Virus record (IMG/VR): IMGVR_UViG_3300022930_000003
Source: a virus
DNA length: 52,757 nt
Reading direction: 5' to 3' (one strand)
Positions 8,085 through 16,419 of this stretch are shown here, piece after piece; position 1 is the first letter of the stretch, and each line of letters starts with the position of its first letter. The translations under genes were made by a program, and so were the position numbers. The notes under the pieces were generated by a model that was not told where the DNA came from, did not search any database, and saw only the letters and a program-made list of their open reading frames with translations.

Positions 8085-9095
8085 CTACCTCGACATCATC
8101 AGTTTATTAAGTGAATCTTGCGAAAGACGGCCACTGCTAAGCAAAGAATTAATTGCCTCTCTAGCAGATGACTTGTTTCTATTCAAAGCCAAAATTTCTC
8201 CTGGCGTCAACTTACCACTTCTTAATGCCGCTCCGTACTCTTTGGATCGTTCATCGCGCCCAGCTTGACCAACTCCGGGCCTGTACTGTACCAGTTCTAT
8301 CCTTTTCATTGGATCAATAGGGAATTGATTCTCAAAATCAAAATCAAGAACAGGGGTCGCAACACACCGGCAGCGCGCAGGCATGCCGGGGTGGCCGTCA
8401 CTCGGAACAACCTTCCAAGAAAAAACCTTTCCTTGTCTCTGCGCGTGCAGAGGGCGCACGCGCTCATCACGTTGAGTCGTCCATACATAAGACAGTGCAG
8501 TAATCCCCATAAGGCGACTACGCTGAAGCTGTGAATTCAATGAACCCGTCTCGTTAATTGCAGTAAAGTTGACTTGTCCACTAAATGCTTCTCGACGTTT
8601 TGCAATTATCTCTTTTGTGGTTTTTGCTTTGGACTGAATTGCAGCCTCATTGCGAACAATCGATTCCACAGATTTGATATATGCAGTAGCCTTATCAACA
8701 ACCAATTGTTTTACTTTCGTAGACCATGAAGCTAGAACGCCGCCGAGATTTGACTCTGCCAGCGCTGGAACAACCTTCATTGCAGAATTAACTGCTAGCT
8801 TGAATTGATATTCGTTGTATGCCGCTATATTCCTAGCGTACGTGTAAATTGAGGATAAATCGTATGTGGATGCGCGAAGCAAAAGAAGTGCGATCAAAGC
8901 TAACAGTTCTTCGCTCCATGATTCCTCTTGATCCTCATCAGCGTCAAGCTTTGATTGCGTCAAAAAGTAATCAATGTTCGATATGATAAAAGAATCAACA
9001 TCAGCAATTATTTCCTTGGCATATGCTTGCAAGAAACGATCAAGCTGCCTTTCTTGCGCATGGGGATAAAGCCATTTTCTAGACATTTGAGACAT
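8085..9095 (-). CDS. Mu F-like minor head protein
   Basis: ERVRPLHAQRQGKVF...HPGMPARCRCV motif typical of Phage_Mu_F. The start could be 9095 or 9086; both overlap the portal stop. Confidence 0.85.
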   Translation of the reverse strand: MSQMSRKWLYPHAQERQLDRFLQAYAKEIIADVDSFIISNIDYFLTQSKLDADEDQEESWSEELLALIALLLLRASTYDLSSIYTYARNIAAYNEYQFKLAVNSAMKVVPALAESNLGGVLASWSTKVKQLVVDKATAYIKSVESIVRNEAAIQSKAKTTKEIIAKRREAFSGQVNFTAINETGSLNSQLQRSRLMGITALSYVWTTQRDERVRPLHAQRQGKVFSWKVVPSDGHPGMPARCRCVATPVLDFDFENQFPIDPMKRIELVQYRPGVGQAGRDERSKEYGAALRSGKLTPGEILALNRNKSSAREAINSLLSSGRLSQDSLNKLMMSR

Positions 9096-10425
9096 CCGTC
9101 TCAGTAGGTTCTGGCAACCCTGGTGCAGCACTGCCAGGAGCAATTTGATATTCCTCGGTCAACGTATCGCGCACTTCATCAACATCTAGCACGCCCCGAT
9201 CAATGTAAGCAGAGTCAGCCTCAGAGCGAAACTTAAACGCATCCGCATTCATCTTGTTTACCTCGGCTTGCTCTTTATCGGACATCACCGACAGAGGGCG
9301 CATGCACAGCTTATAGTCTGGCACATCACCACGCTTTGCGCCAATGATCCAGCTAATCAACTTGTCCTGTGGCTTGCGCAGAATGTCGTTCCACATCGAC
9401 CCGATGCGCGCATGCCAGCTTTCCATAACGTTTTTATCAGTGCCGGACAAGCCGCCTTGCGAACGCCCCATAAGGATAGAAACAGGGATGCCAGAGACGG
9501 CTGAAAGGGCTTCTGCGAAACGGTCGATTACTTCCGGATAGCCGGCCATCGACGTCGATTGAATCGTGTATTCGTCGTTGATATCAATTGCTACTGTGTT
9601 CAAATATCCACGCACCATATCCACAATATCCATGCGTTTCTGAATCATTTGTTCACCGCCAGGGCCGCGCAAAGTTGCAGCAAGCTCAGATATTTTGTGC
9701 ACGGCCTGTTGACTACGCTCAAGCACAGACGACACGTTCTGATGGCCCATGCCTAATCGGATCAATTGATCGTAGCAAGATTGAAGGGCTGATGCGCCCC
9801 AACCCTGATTAGTTTCGCGCATGAGGTCAGGCACGCTATCGCCGTCGAACTGCCACAGGCGGGAATGATGAACACGATATGGATTGCCGCCCATGTGCGA
9901 ACTAATGAGCCACATTTCAGGTTTGCCATAGTCGATGGATTGAGGGTCCATTACACGGTTTTGGATGGTCGCTTGATAGCGGTCGTACACGCGCAGGAAC
10001 TCAACGTCGCGCACGCCTTCGGGATTGAGTGGAGTATCTAGCATTCCGCCATCGTTCAGACCGAAGATCATCACGGAGCCGCCAAACAGACGCGACCAGC
10101 GGACAGCATCATTGAAGTGCCTCATAGCGTCCAGTTCGTCGAGGCGCGACTCTACGTACTCCACAATCGATTCATCATCAAGGTCTTGAAGTTCGATGCC
10201 AGATCGGGTCATTTCCTCTGCCACGCTATCAACGATCTTGCGGCCAAACCCATCACCGATATAAAGGTTTTGAAGAGTGTTTTGATCTAGTAGGCGTGCA
10301 GAGCGTGGGCGTGCATAGCTGGATCGGTCACGGTTCGTTCCTGCCCCGCTAAAGGCTTCAAGGTAGCCGTCCGTTGTGATGGTAGGTGCTTTTGGTTTGT
10401 TCTTGCTTCCAACTGGACGGCTCAT
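9079..10425 (-). CDS. Portal protein (DUF1073-type)
   Basis: 448 aa, in the expected position between terL and the Mu F-like gene. The sequence resembles DUF1073 portals by eye. Confidence 0.85.
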   Translation of the reverse strand: MSRPVGSKNKPKAPTITTDGYLEAFSGAGTNRDRSSYARPRSARLLDQNTLQNLYIGDGFGRKIVDSVAEEMTRSGIELQDLDDESIVEYVESRLDELDAMRHFNDAVRWSRLFGGSVMIFGLNDGGMLDTPLNPEGVRDVEFLRVYDRYQATIQNRVMDPQSIDYGKPEMWLISSHMGGNPYRVHHSRLWQFDGDSVPDLMRETNQGWGASALQSCYDQLIRLGMGHQNVSSVLERSQQAVHKISELAATLRGPGGEQMIQKRMDIVDMVRGYLNTVAIDINDEYTIQSTSMAGYPEVIDRFAEALSAVSGIPVSILMGRSQGGLSGTDKNVMESWHARIGSMWNDILRKPQDKLISWIIGAKRGDVPDYKLCMRPLSVMSDKEQAEVNKMNADAFKFRSEADSAYIDRGVLDVDEVRDTLTEEYQIAPGSAAPGLPEPTETDVSNV

Positions 10426-10453
10426 AGTTTTCTATCTGGTAAATTTATTTAGT

Positions 10454-10475
10454 CATAGTATAAATCAATTGGACC
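10454..10475 (-). promoter_or_regulatory. Intergenic CAATTG-core motif copy upstream of the portal gene
   Basis: The minus strand reads GGTCCAATTGATTTATACTATG...GATAGAAAACTATGAGC, where the last ATG is the portal start. Confidence 0.45.
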
Positions 10476-10533
10476 GGAGTGACATGAATGGGCGATGATG
10501 AATGCTCTAACCAAACACTATCAGGGGGAAAAA

Positions 10534-10899
10534 ATGAAAAACTTATGGGAAATCGACCATCCTTATTACTGCAATGAAGGAAATTACTACAGCAATGATT
10601 GCGGTTCGGAATATGAATCGTGGGAAGACTTTTACAGCTATGAGGGAAAGCTTGATTTTGATATGAATTTGGTTTTCCGATTTGATTGGAGTGAGGTTGA
10701 CGATGAATCAGGGGAAGATACTTTCAATGGCGATCCATCATTTAAGAATGGGAAGCTAAAAATCTTCTGGATTGGACAGCGCAAAGGTATTTACAGATAT
10801 AGTATTGTTGATGTTTGTCGCAACGATCAGGATGATGTGAAGAATTTTCTGATTCCGCGTCTTGAGCATTTGAAAAAACTTTGGGAACCATTGATTTAA
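10534..10899 (+). CDS. Hypothetical protein
   Basis: ATG at 10534 after GGGGGAAAAA (MKNLWEIDHPYYCNEGNYY...). Confidence 0.6.
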   Translation: MKNLWEIDHPYYCNEGNYYSNDCGSEYESWEDFYSYEGKLDFDMNLVFRFDWSEVDDESGEDTFNGDPSFKNGKLKIFWIGQRKGIYRYSIVDVCRNDQDDVKNFLIPRLEHLKKLWEPLI

Positions 10900-11006
10900 T
10901 CAATTAGGAGCAATCATGCAACCAGACCTAGCCGCCGAACACGCCCGTTTAGTCGCAAAATTCAAAGCGTTGCATGATGCGTTGTTTAAGACGAAAGGAT
11001 AAAAAA

Positions 11007-11156
11007 ATGAAAAAAGATTACTTTGCAATGGGATGGAATGATTACGCCATAGGTCTAGCATTTATCACTTGCGAATGCTCAGATTGGAAAAACGGATGGT
11101 ATGCAGCACATGCTAAGCATGTCCAACAAGGAAAACTTCCTAGCTTAATGTGTTAA
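11007..11156 (+). CDS. Small hypothetical protein (49 aa)
   Basis: ATG at 11007 after AAAGGA, inside track ORF 10974..11156. Confidence 0.4.
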   Translation: MKKDYFAMGWNDYAIGLAFITCECSDWKNGWYAAHAKHVQQGKLPSLMC

Positions 11157-11187
11157 AAAACAAACCCCGCCGTAGCGGGGTTTTTTG
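11155..11187. terminator. Bidirectional intrinsic terminator
   Basis: aaaaaacaaaCCCCGCcgtaGCGGGGtttttt between convergent genes. Confidence 0.8.
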
Positions 11188-13047
11188 TTAGGTTGCTACA
11201 CGTTCAAAAGCGAACGCACGCCAACCGACTTTAATGCCGCCACCACCGGTTCGAGCGCCAACACGCAAGCGCATTGTAAAGAGCGAGAAACCAGACAGCA
11301 TCTTTTGGGCTTCACTGCGGTATTTCAGTGCCGGACCCTCAGTGGTAAAGGTTGCGACATCCCGGCCAGTCTGAAACACATAGGACGATTGGATATTGCC
11401 GCCACTTGTGGTTTGCGCCTGGAAGATTGCAGCACCTGCACCAGTTGTGTTGAAAATCTTGAATTCAACAACCAGCTGGAACGAATCCCCAACAGCCATC
11501 CCAGTAGGCACGTTGAACTGTTGCAGCAATTCATGGTAGTCGCCAGCGGTAGCGCCTGCAACGTCCATCGTCCACCAATCCATGCCGCCATCTGGATCAG
11601 GCTCAAACGTAGTCGTGCAAGTTTGAGTGCTGCCAGAGCGCGACAAGGTGTAGCTGTCTGGCGTAGTACCGGTGATGCCATTTGCAGCGGTGACCGTACC
11701 GCCAGAGCCTCGCAAGCAAGGATTCAGATTGTGCGATCCGATTTTAAGCGTTGGGTCCCACTCTGCAAGCGCATTGCGATAAGGCTGTGCAGTTTGATAG
11801 AAGCGCTTAATCTCATTGACGATTGGCAAAGCAAATTGATATGCGCCAAACGGCATGAAGTGGATATTATCGACTGTGTAATAAACACCTGTTTTACCGC
11901 CTGCATTTGCGCCGACAACAAGTGTATTTGCATTAACCATGCGGTCATAAGCACTTGAGAATGCGACGTTCTTAAGCGTTGCAATGTAAGCACGAACTTT
12001 TGCGCCTGCACGAGCCAAGAACTTATTGATAGTTGCCGATGCTGCGATATTTGGAGGCGCTTCCTGATATACCACGTGGCGAGCACGGGCGCGGGCTTGG
12101 TCGATCAGGTTGATAATGTTGTTGGCAAGTGCGGTTGCCGCAACGTCAGTTGCAGGAGAATCGTTAGTTCCGCCAACGATCACTACAACCTCGGCATCTT
12201 GCGCCAATGCTTGAGGTGCCCACTTCACCATGTCAGCAGTGGTAGCGCCGCTGATGCCATAAGCCTGATAGTCCGAGAATGTGTCGCCCAGCAAGCCAGC
12301 GACCCAAGCCACATAGCCCAACAGGTTGTATTCACTAATGGTGGCAAGGCCAGCAGTTGTCACGGTGCTCGTGCCATTTGCCACTGGTGCAGTTGCCCCA
12401 CGGATAGCAACAAGAATGCCTTTATTTGGTGTGCCACTGTTCAGGTAGAACCAACCACCTTGTGATACATCTACATATTCGCCAGGGGTATCCCCCGTAT
12501 ACGTCCAGCGCATCCATGAGCGTGAATCTGTTTCTACTGTGCCGCCTGCGGTGCCTGCACGGCCATCAACCATGACATAGACCAGCCATGCACCACTTCC
12601 AAGGTTAGCAGGCGTGGTCACGGTGCTGCTGCCATAGTATGGGATGCCGCTGAAATAGCCAGGAGCACGACCAGGGGAGCCGCCGTAGGTCAACGAATCG
12701 CCGATGAATACGCAGCGCCCACGACTGGTTAGGGCAAGTGGGATGTTCCCAACGCCAGGGGCCATCAATCCATTCGTACCCGTCGTGAACGATGGTGCGT
12801 TGAGGGTCATGTTGGCGGTTGTTGCAAGGCCACCGAATGAACCATCCGTGTTGACCAATGCCCGAACTGGCGTAGGCGTTGGGATAAGGTATGCAGATGT
12901 TGGAGGTACGGAGCCAATCAATTTCAGGTCCGAAATACCCAAAATTTCATCATAATATGCATCCGGAACAGTTCTCTGTTCGCCCGGAGGGATGAATACT
13001 GATCCTAGTGAATAGCCGCGAGCGGTGGAGTTGTTCTGAATTAGCAT
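11188..13047 (-). CDS. SGNH/GDSL hydrolase-domain protein with N- and C-terminal extra domains (putative virion-associated esterase)
   Basis: All four SGNH blocks are visible: FIGDSLT (I), YGISGAT (II), GGTNDS (III), DNIHF (V). I prefer the ATG at 13047 (AAAGGA RBS) over the TTG at 13077. Confidence 0.7.
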   Translation of the reverse strand: MLIQNNSTARGYSLGSVFIPPGEQRTVPDAYYDEILGISDLKLIGSVPPTSAYLIPTPTPVRALVNTDGSFGGLATTANMTLNAPSFTTGTNGLMAPGVGNIPLALTSRGRCVFIGDSLTYGGSPGRAPGYFSGIPYYGSSTVTTPANLGSGAWLVYVMVDGRAGTAGGTVETDSRSWMRWTYTGDTPGEYVDVSQGGWFYLNSGTPNKGILVAIRGATAPVANGTSTVTTAGLATISEYNLLGYVAWVAGLLGDTFSDYQAYGISGATTADMVKWAPQALAQDAEVVVIVGGTNDSPATDVAATALANNIINLIDQARARARHVVYQEAPPNIAASATINKFLARAGAKVRAYIATLKNVAFSSAYDRMVNANTLVVGANAGGKTGVYYTVDNIHFMPFGAYQFALPIVNEIKRFYQTAQPYRNALAEWDPTLKIGSHNLNPCLRGSGGTVTAANGITGTTPDSYTLSRSGSTQTCTTTFEPDPDGGMDWWTMDVAGATAGDYHELLQQFNVPTGMAVGDSFQLVVEFKIFNTTGAGAAIFQAQTTSGGNIQSSYVFQTGRDVATFTTEGPALKYRSEAQKMLSGFSLFTMRLRVGARTGGGGIKVGWRAFAFERVAT

Positions 13048-13101
13048 GGTTGTAAATCCTTTATAGAGGTATGGCAATTATAGCCTTTAACTATCGGCGT
13101 G

Positions 13102-13116
13102 ATAGTTACAACCAAT
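13102..13116. promoter_or_regulatory. Intergenic motif copy (ATAGTTACAACCAAT) with an adjacent TAACTAT-N7-ATAGTTA inverted repeat
   Basis: Read directly between the terL stop and the SGNH gene start. On the minus strand a TATAAT box follows (GGCTATAATTGCC). Confidence 0.45.
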
Positions 13117-13125
13117 GCATCATAT

Positions 13126-14505
13126 TTAAAAAACATCCCACATACCAGTGCCAGATTCAGGAGCAAAGCACATCACCAAAGCATCGGCCAAGTTCGGAGA
13201 CATCACGCCACGCTTTTTCATGGCGTCCTTGGATTCAACCTTGACTTTGCCATTCGTGAATTCACGGCGCGGTTGCGATAACTCGCCACACAGCTTGTCG
13301 ATATGTGGCAAATTAAGATCAAGGCTGATTAGCTTTTCAGGATCGTATGGCTTTCCATTGATGGCGTCATAGGTGTTGCGAAAGCGGTCTGCCAATAGCC
13401 ACCAAGCTTGGGCCTTGAGGTTCAAGAACATGTCTTCGTTTTTCTTTCCTGGCATGTACTCAGATTCCGGCCACATCACCTTAGCCGATGCCGTGAAGCC
13501 GTCGAAATTGGGCTGACGCACCTTGATCGAACAATTGGCTTGTTCTTCACGGATCGCGCCCTTAGCACCTGCGCCAACGCCGATATTGTCGTAACTCACG
13601 CGGTCCAGGCCCATGCGAATAGCCTCGCTGAATACGTGACGCGCTGCCGTGTTAGGGTCTTGGTCCTTCCATTCCTCGCAGTGATCCACAACGATGCCAT
13701 GGCGCGCAATAAATGCATTGCTGTCTGGCCCCTCATCGGCCACGTCAAAGCCTGCCAAGCGCCCACCAGTTGGCGTGATGCCTAGCTTGATGTGAGCACC
13801 TCGTGCTGCCTCGATCCACATAGGTTTGATGATCGCCAGATCGCTATTGCCGACAGGCTCGCCCAAGTAGACGTGCCGGTATAGCTCAAAGTCATTAGCT
13901 TTCATCAACTCCATATCGTCCCGCAACTCTTGAGGGAAACGCGGATTGTCCGTGTAGTTGATTTGCTTGACGATGCAATATCGCTTGCCATGCAGGTAGT
14001 CTGGATACTTGCGATTTGTGACAAACATTTGATGCGTGGCGCTCAAAGGATCGTCCGGGTTATAGCTGACCCAAATCTCTGACCCATCTTTTCGCAATGT
14101 CGGAATAACGAACTTCCAAGAGTCCTTGGAGACATTCTCAGCTTCTTCCAGCCATGCGCAATCGAAGTTCGCATACCCCTTTAGCTTTTGAGTATTGCGT
14201 AACAGACCATCGAACTTAATGACACCGTTCGAGCGCAAGGCATGAATGGACGTTCCTAAAATCTTGAAATCAGCATCACGGCCAGTGCGGCTAATCTCTT
14301 CAACGAACTCGGCATACACCGAATCCTCGATTGACTTCATGACCTCGCGGAAACAAACAAGACGCCAGCCGTAGTAGTCAACGTTGTTAAGGAGTATCGA
14401 AACAAATGTGCGAGTCTTAGCGCTGCCTCGGCCACCGTGGGCGACCTTGATGCGGGCAGGCTGTAAGTATTCCTCGAAGGCAGGGAAAATTTCTGTGATG
14501 GTCAT
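13126..14505 (-). CDS. terL: Terminase large subunit
   Basis: Walker A GGRGSAKT near the N-terminus. 459 aa, with a PBSX/Terminase_3-like sequence pattern. Confidence 0.92.
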   Translation of the reverse strand: MTITEIFPAFEEYLQPARIKVAHGGRGSAKTRTFVSILLNNVDYYGWRLVCFREVMKSIEDSVYAEFVEEISRTGRDADFKILGTSIHALRSNGVIKFDGLLRNTQKLKGYANFDCAWLEEAENVSKDSWKFVIPTLRKDGSEIWVSYNPDDPLSATHQMFVTNRKYPDYLHGKRYCIVKQINYTDNPRFPQELRDDMELMKANDFELYRHVYLGEPVGNSDLAIIKPMWIEAARGAHIKLGITPTGGRLAGFDVADEGPDSNAFIARHGIVVDHCEEWKDQDPNTAARHVFSEAIRMGLDRVSYDNIGVGAGAKGAIREEQANCSIKVRQPNFDGFTASAKVMWPESEYMPGKKNEDMFLNLKAQAWWLLADRFRNTYDAINGKPYDPEKLISLDLNLPHIDKLCGELSQPRREFTNGKVKVESKDAMKKRGVMSPNLADALVMCFAPESGTGMWDVF

Positions 14506-14525
14506 AGTTGTATTCTATCAGGTCG

Positions 14526-14546
14526 ATAGTTACAACCAATTAGACC
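14526..14546. promoter_or_regulatory. 21-nt motif ATAGTTACAACCAATTAGACC
   Basis: Perfect reverse complement of 20207..20227. It lies in the divergent region between terL (ATG 14505) and the gene at 14608(+). Confidence 0.55.
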
Positions 14547-14607
14547 AAGGTGGGGAAAATCCGGATACTAACTACATCGGCTCCACAAACACTAAAAGGA
14601 AAATATC

Positions 14608-14904
14608 ATGACTAAGTACATAGCAAAATTTGAAGGCGGCAAGATTGAATTTGAAAGCAAGCGCGTTATAACTCATGCAGTAGTGGTAAGTGGTAAATGC
14701 TTTGATAAGCACGGCGAGAATGCTGGCAAAGACGATGTAAAACCAGGCATCCTCTACACTGTTAGCCGTCCCGATTTGGTCGCGGCAGCCGTAAAAAAAT
14801 CGCAAAAATCATACGGAACTGTAGTCGTTGTCGAAGTCGAAATTTCTGAAAAATTGGTTACAAAGAAATTTAAACGAGACCTTGCAATTCTTGTTGGATT
14901 TTAA
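14608..14904 (+). CDS. Hypothetical protein (single-gene cassette between terL and terS)
   Basis: 98-aa ORF with an AAAGGAAAA RBS, followed by two terminators. Confidence 0.6.
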   Translation: MTKYIAKFEGGKIEFESKRVITHAVVVSGKCFDKHGENAGKDDVKPGILYTVSRPDLVAAAVKKSQKSYGTVVVVEVEISEKLVTKKFKRDLAILVGF

Positions 14905-14929
14905 AAAAAAGCCCCTCACGGGGCTTTTA
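14903..14929. terminator. Bidirectional intrinsic terminator
   Basis: aaaaaaaaGCCCCtcacGGGGCtttt. Confidence 0.8.
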
Positions 14930-14942
14930 CTTATCCAGGCAT

Positions 14943-14967
14943 AAAAAAAGCACCCGTAGGTGCTTTA
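14943..14967. terminator. Second bidirectional terminator
   Basis: aaaaaaaGCACCcgtaGGTGCttt. Confidence 0.7.
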
Positions 14968-15019
14968 GTGTCGTCATTTCTACGACTCGGGGTGTTATTT
15001 CAACCCATGCCCATTAGTG

Positions 15020-15448
15020 CTATTTATGCACAATATTATAAACCGGCGCAGTAGGTCGCATTGTGCCATCCGGATTGCTAATCTCGGTACGGTCCGTGAA
15101 CAGCTTCAAATACTTCCCAAGCAATTCAGAGCCTTTCAAAACCGCCGTCGAATCAAACTTGTATTCGCCAGTAGGAACGCCGTCACGGTCCAAAACAGGT
15201 TCGGCCTGTGCACAGCGCTCAATCGTATTTTTAATCGTCTGTAGGACGTATTCAGCGCTGATATCGACCTTTGCGGCGCGAGCCTTGGTCCCCTCTGCAA
15301 TGGCTGCTTGTATCAGAGGTTTTGAAAGGTTCTCAGAACCAATAACTTGAGCTGTCTTTTCCGAGTACCCAGCGCGAATAGCGGCCTGGGTCGCATTCAG
15401 ATCGACTAGGTATTCTTTAACGAAAAGGGCTTGCTTAGGGGTTAGCAT
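15020..15448 (-). CDS. terS: Terminase small subunit (Terminase_2-like)
   Basis: MLTPKQALFVKEYLVDLNATQAAIRAGYSEKTA... is a typical TerS N-terminal HTH. Confidence 0.88.
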   Translation of the reverse strand: MLTPKQALFVKEYLVDLNATQAAIRAGYSEKTAQVIGSENLSKPLIQAAIAEGTKARAAKVDISAEYVLQTIKNTIERCAQAEPVLDRDGVPTGEYKFDSTAVLKGSELLGKYLKLFTDRTEISNPDGTMRPTAPVYNIVHK

Positions 15449-15451
15449 GGC

Positions 15452-15580
15452 TCACTTAATAACAACCAAAATAGTTTGCTTCTTTACAATATCCGAAACC
15501 GCTGCAATTGCTGCTAAATGGCACTTGGTATCGCAATGCCATTTGGAGAGAATGCCGTTTATTTTTGTGTAGACATTCAT
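15452..15580 (-). CDS. Possible 42-aa ORF
   Basis: ATGA overlap with the VRR-NUC stop (MNVYTKINGILSKWHCDTKCH...). Below the track cutoff. Confidence 0.35.
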   Translation of the reverse strand: MNVYTKINGILSKWHCDTKCHLAAIAAVSDIVKKQTILVVIK

Positions 15581-15948
15581 TTGACCAATTCCCCTTGAAG
15601 ATAATTCGTGATGTGGTTTTTTAATTCGTTAAAGTCATTGGATACGATTGTACAGTATCCCTGTTCCGTTAGAAACTCCAAATACTCGCTCTGTTCTTTA
15701 CTCGGAGCTAAACACTTACCACCTGGCCGTTTCAACTCCAACATGAGGCCATGGAAGCCCCCACGTGGCACAGGGAGGTGCAGGTCCAACACACCAGCCT
15801 TGACCCCCTCAGCAACCATCAACTGCGCCGTACGGCTATCACGCTTTCCACCGTTTGGCACACTGTGCAGCCACTTCAATTCTGGATGCACTTTCAGCTT
15901 GGTGCGCGACCAAGTGATGATTGCTTTTTGGAGATCGGATTCAAGCAT
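15577..15948 (-). CDS. VRR-NUC domain nuclease
   Basis: GVLDLHL...GLMLELK catalytic D...ExK pattern in a 123-aa protein. Confidence 0.88.
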   Translation of the reverse strand: MLESDLQKAIITWSRTKLKVHPELKWLHSVPNGGKRDSRTAQLMVAEGVKAGVLDLHLPVPRGGFHGLMLELKRPGGKCLAPSKEQSEYLEFLTEQGYCTIVSNDFNELKNHITNYLQGELVK

Positions 15949-16114
15949 AGAGTTTCCAAATAACCGCTAGCAAAATCACGAATGACACCACACAAAGAAT
16001 CCATTCAATTTTGCTCATGATGAATTCTTTGTTGAAGTGTTTAACGGCTAGAAATCCCAATACCAAAAGTATTGGGATCAGAAACACGATAGTCAGGAAA
16101 TGTTCATCAATCAT
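15941..16114 (-). CDS. Small two-TM hydrophobic protein (57 aa)
   Basis: My translation is MIDEHFLTIVFLIPILLVLGFLAVKHFNKEFIMSKIEWILCVVSFVILLAVIWKLYA. The stop overlaps the VRR-NUC start. Confidence 0.45.
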   Translation of the reverse strand: MIDEHFLTIVFLIPILLVLGFLAVKHFNKEFIMSKIEWILCVVSFVILLAVIWKLYA

Positions 16115-16203
16115 AATCCCACCATGCTCAAAACTGCCATTACGCCATCAGCAATTGGATTGGCAAACAGGATCAGGCCAATGACGATGATGAGGTCTTT
16201 CAT
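16111..16203 (-). CDS. Possible 30-aa hydrophobic peptide
   Basis: MKDLIIVIGLILFANPIADGVMAVLSMVGL, with ATGA overlaps on both sides. Confidence 0.3.
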   Translation of the reverse strand: MKDLIIVIGLILFANPIADGVMAVLSMVGL

Positions 16204-16397
16204 CATTCCACCTCGACAAACAATGGGCGATTGTCACCCACTGCCATTCTGGTATCTCGCTCAATGCGATAAAAAATCCTGCCTTCGATTTCACTTAAAG
16301 AGCCATCTTCATTTTGAACAAACAAACGCTTTGGAAACCTGAGTGGATTGTGATTAGCGATTGGAACGATTTTTCTATTTGAATAAATATCGGTCAT
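16203..16397 (-). CDS. Hypothetical protein (64 aa)
   Basis: The first 22 codons of track ORF 16203..16463 are encoded by the T-arm and acceptor end of a tRNA-like gene, so I prefer the ATG at 16397 (MTDIYSNRK...). Confidence 0.5.
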   Translation of the reverse strand: MTDIYSNRKIVPIANHNPLRFPKRLFVQNEDGSLSEIEGRIFYRIERDTRMAVGDNRPLFVEVE

Positions 16398-16419
16398 ATA
16401 TTCTTTCGTGATGGGAAAG

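Noticed and set aside
11185-11958. 257-aa plus-strand ORF
   Set aside because: It is antisense to the SGNH hydrolase gene and has a Cys/Arg-rich junk composition.
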